Assembly (NCBI GenBank): GCA_016283195.1
Contig: JAEEML010000040.1
Coordinates: forward strand, 1 to 40,905
DNA length: 40,905 bases
Origin: Deltaproteobacteria bacterium
Lineage (GTDB): Bacteria > JAEEML01
Direction of reading: 5' to 3'
A program made the position numbers and the translations under genes. Positions 20,883 to 29,167 of the stretch are shown piece by piece. Each line of letters begins with the position of its first letter. The first letter of the stretch is position 1. The notes beneath the pieces were generated by a model. It searched no databases, was not told the DNA's origin, and worked only from the letters and a program-made list of their open reading frames with translations.

Positions 20883-22199
20883 ATGAGTGCTATTAACACT
20901 GTCATCATGGGAGCAGCCGGCCGGGATTTTCACAACTTTAATATGTGTTACCGGGACGACAAAGAGACCAATGTAGTGGCTTTTACGGCCAACCAGATTC
21001 CCAAAATTGCCGGCCGGCGCTATCCGGCAGAGCTCGCTGGCCCGCTCTACCCGCAGGGAATACCCATTCTTCCTGAAGCCGATCTGGAGAAGATTATTAA
21101 AGAAAATAATGTTACCCGCGTAGTGTTTGCCTATAGCGATGTACGCCATGAATATGTGATGCACCAGGCTTCGCGGGCCGCTGCTTTGGGGGCCGATTTT
21201 GTCCTCTTGGGCCCGGGCCGCACTATGCTTAAAAGTAAAAAGCCGGTTATTGCTGTTGGCGCTATCAGAACTGGCTGCGGCAAGAGCCAAACTTCCCGCA
21301 AAATCACAGAAATTTTGAGCAAAATGGGCAAAAAAGTTGGCGTTATGCGTCACCCCATGCCCTATGGCGACCTGGCTAAGCAGGCCGTGCAGCGCTTTGC
21401 CACTTTGGAAGACCTCAAAATCCACGACTGCACCATCGAAGAGATGGAAGAATACGAGCCCTATGTGGCAAACGGTTTTGTTATTTTTGCCGGTGTCGAT
21501 TACGGCGCTATTTTAAAAAAAGCCGAAGAAGAATCAGATATTATCCTTTGGGACGGCGGCAATAACGACACCGCTTTTGTAAAGCCGGATCTTGAAATTG
21601 TAGTTCTTGACCCCCATCGCGTGGGCCATGAGATGCTCTATCACCCCGGCGAAACCAACCTGCGCCGGGCGCAGTATGCCATTATTAATAAAGCCGATTC
21701 GGCAACTCCCGAAAATATCGCCGCACTCCAAAAAACGGTGGCTGAAGTCAACCCGACCTGTAAGGTGATTGTGGCCGATTCGGTGCTAAAAGTTGCCGAT
21801 GAAGCGGCGATTAAAGGCAAAAAGGTGCTGGTGGTGGAAGATGGCCCCACGCTCACTCACGGCGAGATGCCCTTTGGTGCCGGCGTGGTGGCGGCGAGGC
21901 GTTTTGGCGCGGCCGAAATTGTGGACCCGCGCCCCTATGCCGTAGGTTCTTTAAAAGAGGTTTTAAATCGCTTTAAACATCTGGGGAATCTTTTGCCGGC
22001 TATGGGCTATTACCCCGAGCAGCTGAAAGATTTGGAAGATTCGGTAAATAACACCCCCTGCGATGCGGTGATTATCGGCACTCCTATTGACCTCTCGCGC
22101 ATTATTAATATCAAAAAGCCGGCAGTGCGCATTGGCTACGATCTGGCCGAACGCGGCGAACTCAATCTGGAAAAAATTCTTGCCGCTTTTGTGAAATAA
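20883..22199 (+). CDS. COG2403 P-loop NTPase, probable arginine synthetase (ArcE-like); often annotated as cyclic 2,3-diphosphoglycerate synthase
   Basis: IMGAAGRDFHNFN, RTGCGKSQT, RHPMPYGDL, WDGGNND, EDGPTLTHG; SD GGAGG before ATG 20883. Confidence 0.75.
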   Translation: MSAINTVIMGAAGRDFHNFNMCYRDDKETNVVAFTANQIPKIAGRRYPAELAGPLYPQGIPILPEADLEKIIKENNVTRVVFAYSDVRHEYVMHQASRAAALGADFVLLGPGRTMLKSKKPVIAVGAIRTGCGKSQTSRKITEILSKMGKKVGVMRHPMPYGDLAKQAVQRFATLEDLKIHDCTIEEMEEYEPYVANGFVIFAGVDYGAILKKAEEESDIILWDGGNNDTAFVKPDLEIVVLDPHRVGHEMLYHPGETNLRRAQYAIINKADSATPENIAALQKTVAEVNPTCKVIVADSVLKVADEAAIKGKKVLVVEDGPTLTHGEMPFGAGVVAARRFGAAEIVDPRPYAVGSLKEVLNRFKHLGNLLPAMGYYPEQLKDLEDSVNNTPCDAVIIGTPIDLSRIINIKKPAVRIGYDLAERGELNLEKILAAFVK

Positions 22200-22267
22200 C
22201 TGATAAACTCATGAGCCTCTTGGCTACTAAAAGCCATAATAATCTTAGCTGAACAAAAGGAGAAACG

Positions 22268-23035
22268 ATGCATAAGTTAATCAAGGGAGCAGTGATTTCA
22301 TTATTTACTCTTGGTTTGGCTGTGGCCTCTTGTCATAACGAAGAGCCTAAGCAGGAAGAGTCGCCGAAAAACAATAGCGCTGCTAACAAAAGCGACGACA
22401 AGGGTGCTAGTACCAATAAAGACGGCAGTAGCGATGCTGCCAGCGATGCTAATAACGGTGCCGATGCCATAAGTGATGATAACGGTAAGCAGAATGTTTC
22501 CGGCACTATGACCGATGCGGCCGGTAATAGCTATAAAACAGTGGTGATAAATGGGCTTACCTGGATGGCCGAAAATATAAAATACGAAGATGAAAGCGCC
22601 GGTATTACCTGTGACTGGAGTGGGTATAATTACCATGAAGACGCTGATTTTAAAGAAGAATACGGCTGCTATTACAAGCTGGAATCGGCCAAGAAAGTTT
22701 GCCCGACAGGTTGGCATTTGCCAACTGAAGCCGAGTTTCAAAATCTTTTGAGTAAAGCTGATGCCTATGATCTGATGGCTAAAAAACCTGCCTGGAGCAA
22801 AAGCAGTCAAGATGGCCGTGATACTTACGGCTTTGCCGCGCTTCCTGCCGGCAGCGGGCGCTGCCAAGTCGGCGAGTGTGCGCTTTTTTGGAGCTCTTCG
22901 GAAGATAGCGGTGATCAAGTTTATTTACGGATAAGAGCCACCGCATATGCAGATGATGACATTATAACCGAAATAGTGGCTGCTCTTGATGTTGATTTGG
23001 CTACTTATATGTCAGTGCGCTGTATAAAGGATTAG
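22268..23035 (+). CDS. FISUMP domain lipoprotein
   Basis: Lipobox VASC; WMAENI, CPTGWHLPT, YGFAALPAG, FWSS, SVRCIKD; SD AAGGAG. Confidence 0.88.
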   Translation: MHKLIKGAVISLFTLGLAVASCHNEEPKQEESPKNNSAANKSDDKGASTNKDGSSDAASDANNGADAISDDNGKQNVSGTMTDAAGNSYKTVVINGLTWMAENIKYEDESAGITCDWSGYNYHEDADFKEEYGCYYKLESAKKVCPTGWHLPTEAEFQNLLSKADAYDLMAKKPAWSKSSQDGRDTYGFAALPAGSGRCQVGECALFWSSSEDSGDQVYLRIRATAYADDDIITEIVAALDVDLATYMSVRCIKD

Positions 23036-23208
23036 CCTTAGTTTTTTTTATTGCCAGGCTCCTCGCGAAAATGATCAGCATTCCAGGCCTTATACCGAGG
23101 GCAGGGAAAAGCGCCGTTCCCCCGTTAAAAGGATTTCAAAAAACTTTTCACCAAAAGAAAAAACTTCTTGCCATTTAAAAACTAAAGGACTATAGAGTGC
23201 CTTCGTGG

Positions 23209-23286
23209 CGGGGCGTAGCGCAGCCTGGCTAGCGCACTTGACTGGGGGTCAAGGGGCCGCTGGTTCAAATCCAGTCGCCCCGACCA
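23209..23286 (+). tRNA. tRNA-Pro(GGG)
   Basis: Acceptor stem CGGGGCG/CGCCCCG; anticodon arm CTTGA-CTGGGGG-TCAAG; GGTTCAAATCC; encoded CCA. Confidence 0.97.
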
Positions 23287-23300
23287 TATTTCTTCTATTA

Positions 23301-23328
23301 AAGCAGCTTAGAGCTGCTTTTTTTTTTT
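23301..23328 (+). terminator. Rho-independent terminator after tRNA-Pro
   Basis: AAGCAGC-TTAGA-GCTGCTT followed by a long T run. Confidence 0.85.
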
Positions 23329-23354
23329 GCCCAAATTTGGGCCGGATTTTTTAT

Positions 23355-24098
23355 ATGCATATACTTCTTGCCAATGATGACGGTATCCACGCAGCGGGGC
23401 TCAAAATTCTGGCCGCTACTTTGCGCCAAAAACAGCGGGTGACTATTTGCGCACCGGAATTTGAGAGCTCTGGCATTGCTCATGCTCTAAGCTTGCACCG
23501 GCCGCTTTTGCTCAAAAAGTGGGGCGAGGGCGATTATAGCGTCGATGGCACGCCCACCGATGCCGTTTTTACCGCTTTTAACCACCTATTAAAGGACGAC
23601 CTCCCCGATTTGGTTATTTCCGGCATCAATCCCGGCCCCAATTTGGGCCATGATGTCACCTATTCCGGCACAGTGGGGGCCGCGCTCGAGGGCTCATTTT
23701 TCGGCAAACCGGCTATAGCTGTCTCTTTGGGAGCGCCCGCCCAAAAAGCGGATGATTTTGCCGCCGCTGCCGCCGCGCTCGCCGCTTTTATCGAGCTTAT
23801 CCCTTGGGAAAAAGCGGGCAATATTTTGCTCAATATGAATATTCCCCTCGGGGTAAAAGCGCCGTATCGGTTTAAAGCGGCTACATTAGAGCGCGGCCGC
23901 ATGCAGACATCCATTGTGCCAACTATAGACCCGCGCGGCAAAGAGCGCCTCTGGATTGGCGGCGTGCCCAATGATTTACCGAGCTCTCCGGGGAGCGATA
24001 GGGACATTCTAAACAGCGGCTCTATCGCTGTTACCGCTCTCTCTTTAATGGCTGAAGACGGGGCAGGGCAAAAAGAACTCACCGCCTGGCTGGGCTAG
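23355..24098 (+). CDS. surE: 5'/3'-nucleotidase SurE
   Basis: MHILLANDDG, GTPTDAV, SGINPGPNLG..YSGTVGAALEG; start taken as ATG 23355. Confidence 0.95.
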   Translation: MHILLANDDGIHAAGLKILAATLRQKQRVTICAPEFESSGIAHALSLHRPLLLKKWGEGDYSVDGTPTDAVFTAFNHLLKDDLPDLVISGINPGPNLGHDVTYSGTVGAALEGSFFGKPAIAVSLGAPAQKADDFAAAAAALAAFIELIPWEKAGNILLNMNIPLGVKAPYRFKAATLERGRMQTSIVPTIDPRGKERLWIGGVPNDLPSSPGSDRDILNSGSIAVTALSLMAEDGAGQKELTAWLG

Positions 24099-24240
24099 CG
24101 CTCAGTTTAAAATACTTGCACCCTTTCCCTATTGCGAATTTTGGTGGCAAGCCACCTTTTTTCGCAGTAAAGATAAACTACCTGGCGCTTATTAGCAAGA
24201 AACGGAGCGGCTATTTTAACAAATAGAGCGGGAAACTTGG

Positions 24241-24866
24241 CTAGTCCTTAACGCGGCGCACAGAGAAAGCGCTACTATCATTGCTGACATAGTTCACGAG
24301 CGCAATATCATTGCCTAAGGATAGGTAGTAGGCGTTGTTGCTATTGTCCTCCGTAGCCGACCAGAAGAAGGCGTTAATACCCCAAAAGTGATAACTGCCA
24401 TAGTTGTAGACACCGGCTGGCAAAGCGCCCAAGGCGGTACTGTTGGTAACCTGAGCTTGGTATTTATTTTTCCACACCGGATTTTTAGCTGCTAAAGCTA
24501 AAAAAGCCGGATTGGGCAGTGACTTATTTTCATTACTGCCAGCAGCACTTAAAAGACTTTGAAAATCGACCTTTTGCGGTAAATGCCAACCTTTGGGGCA
24601 TACCTTCATAGCATCTTCCCAAATATAGAGGCAGCCGTATTTTTTTACAAAATCAGGATCTTCTTTTGTATTGGCATAGCAGCTTAAAGAGCTGCCGTCA
24701 TTACCGACGCTAGCCGCCATATTTTCGGCCATCCAGGTTGAACCGCCTATAGTTACCGCCTTAAAATCGGGAATAACCTTGGCTTCACCCTCTTTCCCGG
24801 TTGGCTTATTACAGGCGGCACAGGCCAAAATTGTTAAAATAAAAGAAATTTTTAAAGTCTCTCCAT
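24241..24866 (-). pseudogene. FISUMP domain lipoprotein gene, frameshifted just after the start codon
   Basis: SD AGGAG plus ATG 24866 is out of frame with the signal peptide TLKISFILTILACAAC (span 626 nt); terminal SVRC is SVRR. Confidence 0.7.
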
Positions 24867-24967
24867 TATTTTGCTCCTATGGGTAAAATTCCATGTTAGG
24901 CGCTTTGGGGCAACTAACGGCGGAATATTAAGGTAACTAAAGTAGTAATTCAAGAAGTACACTGGCG

Positions 24968-25013
24968 CAAAAAAAGATAACCAACCGGCAGGTCGCATCT
25001 ATTCCTGCCGGTT
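24968..25013 (-). terminator. Hairpin/terminator at the left islet boundary
   Basis: Stem AACCGGCAGG (24983-24992)/CCTGCCGGTT (25004-25013); T run follows on the minus strand. Confidence 0.55.
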
Positions 25014-25035
25014 ATAGTCACTGATGTTTGGTTAA

Positions 25036-25494
25036 CTACTTTTTAATTGATTTCCATGCTTCTATCGCCTTGATTATTTGTGGATCTTTTTCTGGAACAT
25101 AGCTGGGATTCTTCTCCAAATTTATTTCCCCGATATTTGATAGGAGAGGTATTGCAATACTGTCAAAAATATCGCTAGCTGTCCCACCATATTTTTGCGT
25201 GTCAACGCGATAATATAAATACGAGATAAAGGGATAAGGATCACGAAGCGGTTGTTCTGTGCCTCCATAGTAAAAAAATAAATTGGCAAAATTGAGAACG
25301 TCGTTTTCGGTTAAACAGCATTGTTGCAAATAATCGAACCAATAGGGAAAGATAGTATTCCAGCCATAATCCCTGATCAACTTCTGTGCCTTGTCACTGT
25401 GCTCGTAGCTGTTATCTGCATCAAAAGTTGGATCATCAAATTTACAATTGAAAAGGTAGCTTGTTGTTTTTATAATTTCTTCTGTATCGTTCAT
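25036..25494 (-). CDS. Putative immunity/antitoxin protein
   Basis: Acidic, aromatic-rich protein. Likely start ATG 25494, 2 nt after the upstream stop, with SD GGAG (ORF track start is 25509). Function inferred from position. Confidence 0.65.
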   Translation of the reverse strand: MNDTEEIIKTTSYLFNCKFDDPTFDADNSYEHSDKAQKLIRDYGWNTIFPYWFDYLQQCCLTENDVLNFANLFFYYGGTEQPLRDPYPFISYLYYRVDTQKYGGTASDIFDSIAIPLLSNIGEINLEKNPSYVPEKDPQIIKAIEAWKSIKK

Positions 25495-25496
25495 AT

Positions 25497-26003
25497 CTAT
25501 TGTCTCCATTTTGAGTCCTTATGGAACAGTTTAGGATTGCGATTACACATTTCCTCTAATATTTTATCCGTTTTTTCCATCGACTTTATATCTGGCCGGT
25601 AATGACCACTATTATTGTCGACAGAATAAATTTTTCCGTTTCTGAAGGTTATCATTCCGGCATTTTGTACTTCAGGATCTTTACCACCGATTAGTGTCGG
25701 ATGAGGTGATCTTTTCAAAGGATTAATTGGATTACTTCGCTTGCCAAAGATAATATCTCCGCTTTGAGACATCACGTAGGCATATTGACCGTTTGCCTTG
25801 CTGCCTTCAATGTAAAATGAATCATGTTGCACGGCATTTTCCAGCATTGTGGCTGTAGGATTTTGGAAATAGCCGGTAGTTGGATTGTAAATATCAGGGT
25901 CTTTTTTGTCATTATTCAACTCCGCATCAACAACGTGATAAGTATCGGCATAAGGTTGAGAACCTCCTGCACCGGAGTATGAGCTGGTACTTTTAGTGCC
26001 CAT
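25497..26003 (-). CDS. Putative toxin with H..AG..NxSGHYxP motif
   Basis: HPTLIGG..VQNAGMITFRNGKIYSVDNNSGHYRP; Ser/Gly-rich N-terminus; 1 nt from the DUF4417 stop. Confidence 0.6.
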   Translation of the reverse strand: MGTKSTSSYSGAGGSQPYADTYHVVDAELNNDKKDPDIYNPTTGYFQNPTATMLENAVQHDSFYIEGSKANGQYAYVMSQSGDIIFGKRSNPINPLKRSPHPTLIGGKDPEVQNAGMITFRNGKIYSVDNNSGHYRPDIKSMEKTDKILEEMCNRNPKLFHKDSKWRQ

Positions 26004-26004
26004 A

Positions 26005-26682
26005 TCAGATCACCCCTCCATGCATTCGCTTTGTCCAGTTTGGGTAGTTAATAAATTTGGCATAATCTAAATATTGGCCAAAAACCTTGTCAGGCATTGC
26101 TCCATAGACAAGAACAACAAGCGGTTCAAGAGTGTCCATCATGGCTTCAAGCCCAGCTTCAAAATAATATTTGTCTTCTCTGCTGGAAATACAACCGTAG
26201 GTTCCAATAGCCAGAATACTGTGTTTTTCAGCTCCGAGAAAGGCTACCTTTTGTGGAAAGTATTTTGTTGTATATGTGTACTCGTTGCCCCACCTAATTT
26301 GTGGTATCACATACTGACCTCGACGCTGATAGTATCCACCAATAGCTCTGTTGCGATAAATATTGGTTAATTGCACACTTAGTGGAGCATCCCTGTACAA
26401 TGAGCAATCAGGACTGATCATAGCTGCAAATCGCCCGAAATCATCAATATATGCCTCAGGTGTTCTTAGTACTTCACTAAAATTTACATCCATTTCGCAG
26501 AAGCCAATAGCTTCATTGGTGCTCGGAGCTCTATTGCGCATAGAAAATGGAGTAATTCCTGGCGGAATAGTAATTCTAGCTGGTGCTTTTATGATCGGAA
26601 TTCCCAAGGGAAGATCAAATTTTGCTCCAGCAACCAATTTAGGATTGCATCCATCATCAATTATTGCTTTATTTTTGCTCAT
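26005..26682 (-). CDS. DUF4417 domain protein
   Basis: SPDCSLYRDAP..Q..NIYRNR..G.YYQ..G..VIP.IRW; GL..M...LEP..VLVYG; SD AGGAGG before ATG 26682. Confidence 0.85.
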   Translation of the reverse strand: MSKNKAIIDDGCNPKLVAGAKFDLPLGIPIIKAPARITIPPGITPFSMRNRAPSTNEAIGFCEMDVNFSEVLRTPEAYIDDFGRFAAMISPDCSLYRDAPLSVQLTNIYRNRAIGGYYQRRGQYVIPQIRWGNEYTYTTKYFPQKVAFLGAEKHSILAIGTYGCISSREDKYYFEAGLEAMMDTLEPLVVLVYGAMPDKVFGQYLDYAKFINYPNWTKRMHGGVI

Positions 26683-26763
26683 ATTATACGCCCTCCTATA
26701 AGCGCAGTTTTTAAAAGGCAAAAGCATTTGTAGTTGTCCTTTGTCTTAGGATATACTTGCATT

Positions 26764-26787
26764 GTTAGAAATTTGCATATTTCTAAC
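26764..26787. promoter_or_regulatory. Palindromic putative operator upstream of DUF4417
   Basis: GTTAGAAAT-TTGCAT-ATTTCTAAC. Confidence 0.6.
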
Positions 26788-26846
26788 GCCTCAATTACAC
26801 GTCGTTGCCAAAATGAGTCTTCAATCATTGTTTGCTCTTCTAACCC

Positions 26847-27548
26847 TTATTTAGAAGGATCAAATTCTTTTTCCAAAATGTTCAGCTCCCTTAATCGATA
26901 GAGCATTGGGCTATAGTTTACTCCGAACAGATATCCGAGTCCTTTGATGTCGTCTGCCATCCTTTGCTCAAATGGAATCGGGTAGCCACTATAATACAGA
27001 AGATTTCGCGCTCCATATTCAACAGCTTCTCGTGGCATGAGAAAAGCTGCTGCCGCATAATTAGCCTGGTGTTCGAGCCAATAAAGAGCATTATTCTTGT
27101 TGGTTTGCTCCCTGTTGTAATCTGTAAAAGATCGTGACATATGCCCGTCGCATTCGAAAGCAGACTTGTGTTTGGCAAAATGAAAGCACTCATGCATTAC
27201 CGTAAAGTTTTCAATAAAATGGTCGCGTTTTTTAGAACTTTCGCTTAAGCTCTGGTCTATTATTATCGTGCCCCCGTAGAATAACTTAAGTTTTGGCATC
27301 ATATCAATAGTCCAAGACCGATTGGCGATTTCAGGCCAGACGTAGAACGGTCCTGTATTGAAAATCGTTGCTCCAAGAAATGAGCGGGTTGGTGATAGAA
27401 ATTCAAAAGCTATTCTGGCACCAAGTAGATCAACTATGTCATACACATCGACCCTTGATGGCTTTTTTAACCTGCCAGCATCGTAACGTTGATTTAGCTT
27501 ATTAGCTAATTCCTCAAGCTGTGCATGTGAATACGGGTAGTAAATCAA
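26847..27548 (-). CDS. ImmA/IrrE family metallo-endopeptidase
   Basis: FTVMHECFH (HExxH), EHQANYAAAAFLMP; TTG start with SD AAGGAG overlapping the xre stop. Confidence 0.9.
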   Translation of the reverse strand: MIYYPYSHAQLEELANKLNQRYDAGRLKKPSRVDVYDIVDLLGARIAFEFLSPTRSFLGATIFNTGPFYVWPEIANRSWTIDMMPKLKLFYGGTIIIDQSLSESSKKRDHFIENFTVMHECFHFAKHKSAFECDGHMSRSFTDYNREQTNKNNALYWLEHQANYAAAAFLMPREAVEYGARNLLYYSGYPIPFEQRMADDIKGLGYLFGVNYSPMLYRLRELNILEKEFDPSK

Positions 27549-27559
27549 ATACGTTCTCC

Positions 27560-27937
27560 TTAGCTTTTCTTACTTTCTTCCAACATTCTTATGATTCTTT
27601 CCCATTCTTTTTCACCCGCACCGGAATCTCGTGCAATACGAAGTGCAACGCGAGATTTATTCTGAGCCATAATGTAATCGGCAATATCTGGTGAAACGGA
27701 ATTTTTTTTATTCCCTGCTGCCAGGTCAAAAAGGTAATCAGTTTCTTCCCGACTAAGGTTTAAGGCTGTGGCTATCAAATATATCTTTTCCTTTTCCGGC
27801 GGGTAGCGATGATTATTTTCTATATCGCTCATATACGCTGGTGCTATGCCAAGTATTTCGGCAAGCTTACGCAGGTTAATCTTGGCAGCCAATCGTTTTT
27901 CCCTGACATAGTTGCCAAATGTTTTCTCTTCTTCCAT
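27560..27937 (-). CDS. XRE-family HTH transcriptional regulator
   Basis: FGNYVREKR..LRKLAEILGIAPAYMSDIENN; start ATG 27937 with SD GGGGAG. Confidence 0.92.
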   Translation of the reverse strand: MEEEKTFGNYVREKRLAAKINLRKLAEILGIAPAYMSDIENNHRYPPEKEKIYLIATALNLSREETDYLFDLAAGNKKNSVSPDIADYIMAQNKSRVALRIARDSGAGEKEWERIIRMLEESKKS

Positions 27938-27971
27938 GTTGCTCTCCCCTTTAAAGTTAGTTGTATGCACA

Positions 27972-28045
27972 TTCGCATCTTTCTAACAAGGACAATGATA
28001 GCTCCCTTTTAGAATTTGTCAATAACCAGTTCGCGAAAATCTAAC
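27972..28045 (-). promoter_or_regulatory. xre promoter flanked by two putative operator sites
   Basis: TTGACA-16-TATCAT (28022 to 27995, minus strand); TTCGC-N5-TCTAAC at 27972-27987 and 28030-28045. Confidence 0.65.
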
Positions 28046-28194
28046 ACTTTTTATTTTTACTTGCTTGTGCAATAAAAAAAAGGCTGATTCTGCCTTTGAA
28101 TCGCATATTCGTTTTGCAAGTGGTTGCTAGACATGGTCTTTGTTACGATTTAACTATATCATCAGCATCTTTTATGCGAAAGGATAGTAATGAT

Positions 28195-29139
28195 ATGGTA
28201 GCTAAGGAGATTAGCCAGTATATCTCACTGATTCTGCGTCATAAACCGGAAATAATAGGCATTACTCTTGATGAACACGGCTGGGCTAATGTAACAGAGC
28301 TGATTGGCGGAGTAAATAAGACATATCCGCTTAATATGGAGGCTCTGGAAGAGATTGTTAGCACTGATGAAAAAAAGCGTTACTCCTTTAATGATGACAA
28401 AACGCTTATTCGGGCTAATCAGGGGCACTCTATCCAGGTTGATGTAGAACTTCAAGAAGTAGTACCGCCTAAATATCTGTATCACGGAACTGGGAAAAAA
28501 TACGTAAATTCCATTGATAAACATGGACTTTTACCGAAGTCTAGGCTATATGTACATCTTTGCGAAGACATAGATACAGCTATTAAAGTTGGTTCCCGTC
28601 ATGGTCAGCCAATAGTATACCGGGTTTTAGCTGGGCTGATGTTTAATGCTGGTATGAGTTTTTATAAATCTGCCAATGGTGTTTGGTTAGCCAAAAGAGT
28701 TCCGACAGAGTATTTTAGAAAGGAAGAATGTATGTCAACCGGAACCGCTGAGATTGTACGAGAATTAAAAACTGCCTTTAAGTCTGGTTTAGATGCTGAA
28801 GAAGTAGCAGCAACAGTTTTATCCCGCTACTCATGGAATGAGTTACAGCCGGCTCTTATAGCCATATTGCTGGATGATTCTCTCCCAAGGAATTATTATG
28901 AAATGACAGCCGGGATATTCTGGGAAGCAGTTCTTGATGGCCAGCAAATACAAAAAGAAATAGTGGTGGGCTTATTGTATTACCGCCTGGGCGACAAAAA
29001 AGCGCCATATGATAATAACCTTATTTGGAGCATTGCGACAGAATTGTATAGCCTTGATTATGCCGATTCGGAGTTTAATCCGTTTTACGATGCCGGGATT
29101 TTAAAAGTGCTTGGTGACTACGGAATAACTTTTTCGTGA
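28195..29139 (+). CDS. kptA: RNA 2'-phosphotransferase (Tpt1/KptA) fused to a 135-aa immunity-like domain
   Basis: SLILRH.PE, KKRY, IRANQGHS, LYHGT, R.YVHL, NGVWL..VP; reading frame continues past the usual end; in-frame ATG 28732 with AAGGAAG upstream. Confidence 0.9.
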   Translation: MVAKEISQYISLILRHKPEIIGITLDEHGWANVTELIGGVNKTYPLNMEALEEIVSTDEKKRYSFNDDKTLIRANQGHSIQVDVELQEVVPPKYLYHGTGKKYVNSIDKHGLLPKSRLYVHLCEDIDTAIKVGSRHGQPIVYRVLAGLMFNAGMSFYKSANGVWLAKRVPTEYFRKEECMSTGTAEIVRELKTAFKSGLDAEEVAATVLSRYSWNELQPALIAILLDDSLPRNYYEMTAGIFWEAVLDGQQIQKEIVVGLLYYRLGDKKAPYDNNLIWSIATELYSLDYADSEFNPFYDAGILKVLGDYGITFS

Positions 29140-29167
29140 TAGTTTTCCAAAGCGGCCAACCAGGTAG

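Noticed and set aside
20883-22199. Cyclic 2,3-diphosphoglycerate synthase function
   Set aside because: N-terminus fits the GAAGRDFHNFN subgroup and no 2-phosphoglycerate kinase gene is adjacent.
23209-23286. tRNA-Pro as the islet integration site
   Set aside because: No duplicated tRNA 3' end seen, surE intervenes, and the atpZ-end repeat explains the boundaries.
23205-23354. 50-aa N-terminal extension of SurE in the ORF track
   Set aside because: It overlaps tRNA-Pro and its terminator; SurE homology starts at 23355.
25983-26003. MGxxxT N-myristoylation-like start on the putative toxin
   Set aside because: Short, common pattern; no evidence of delivery into eukaryotic cells.
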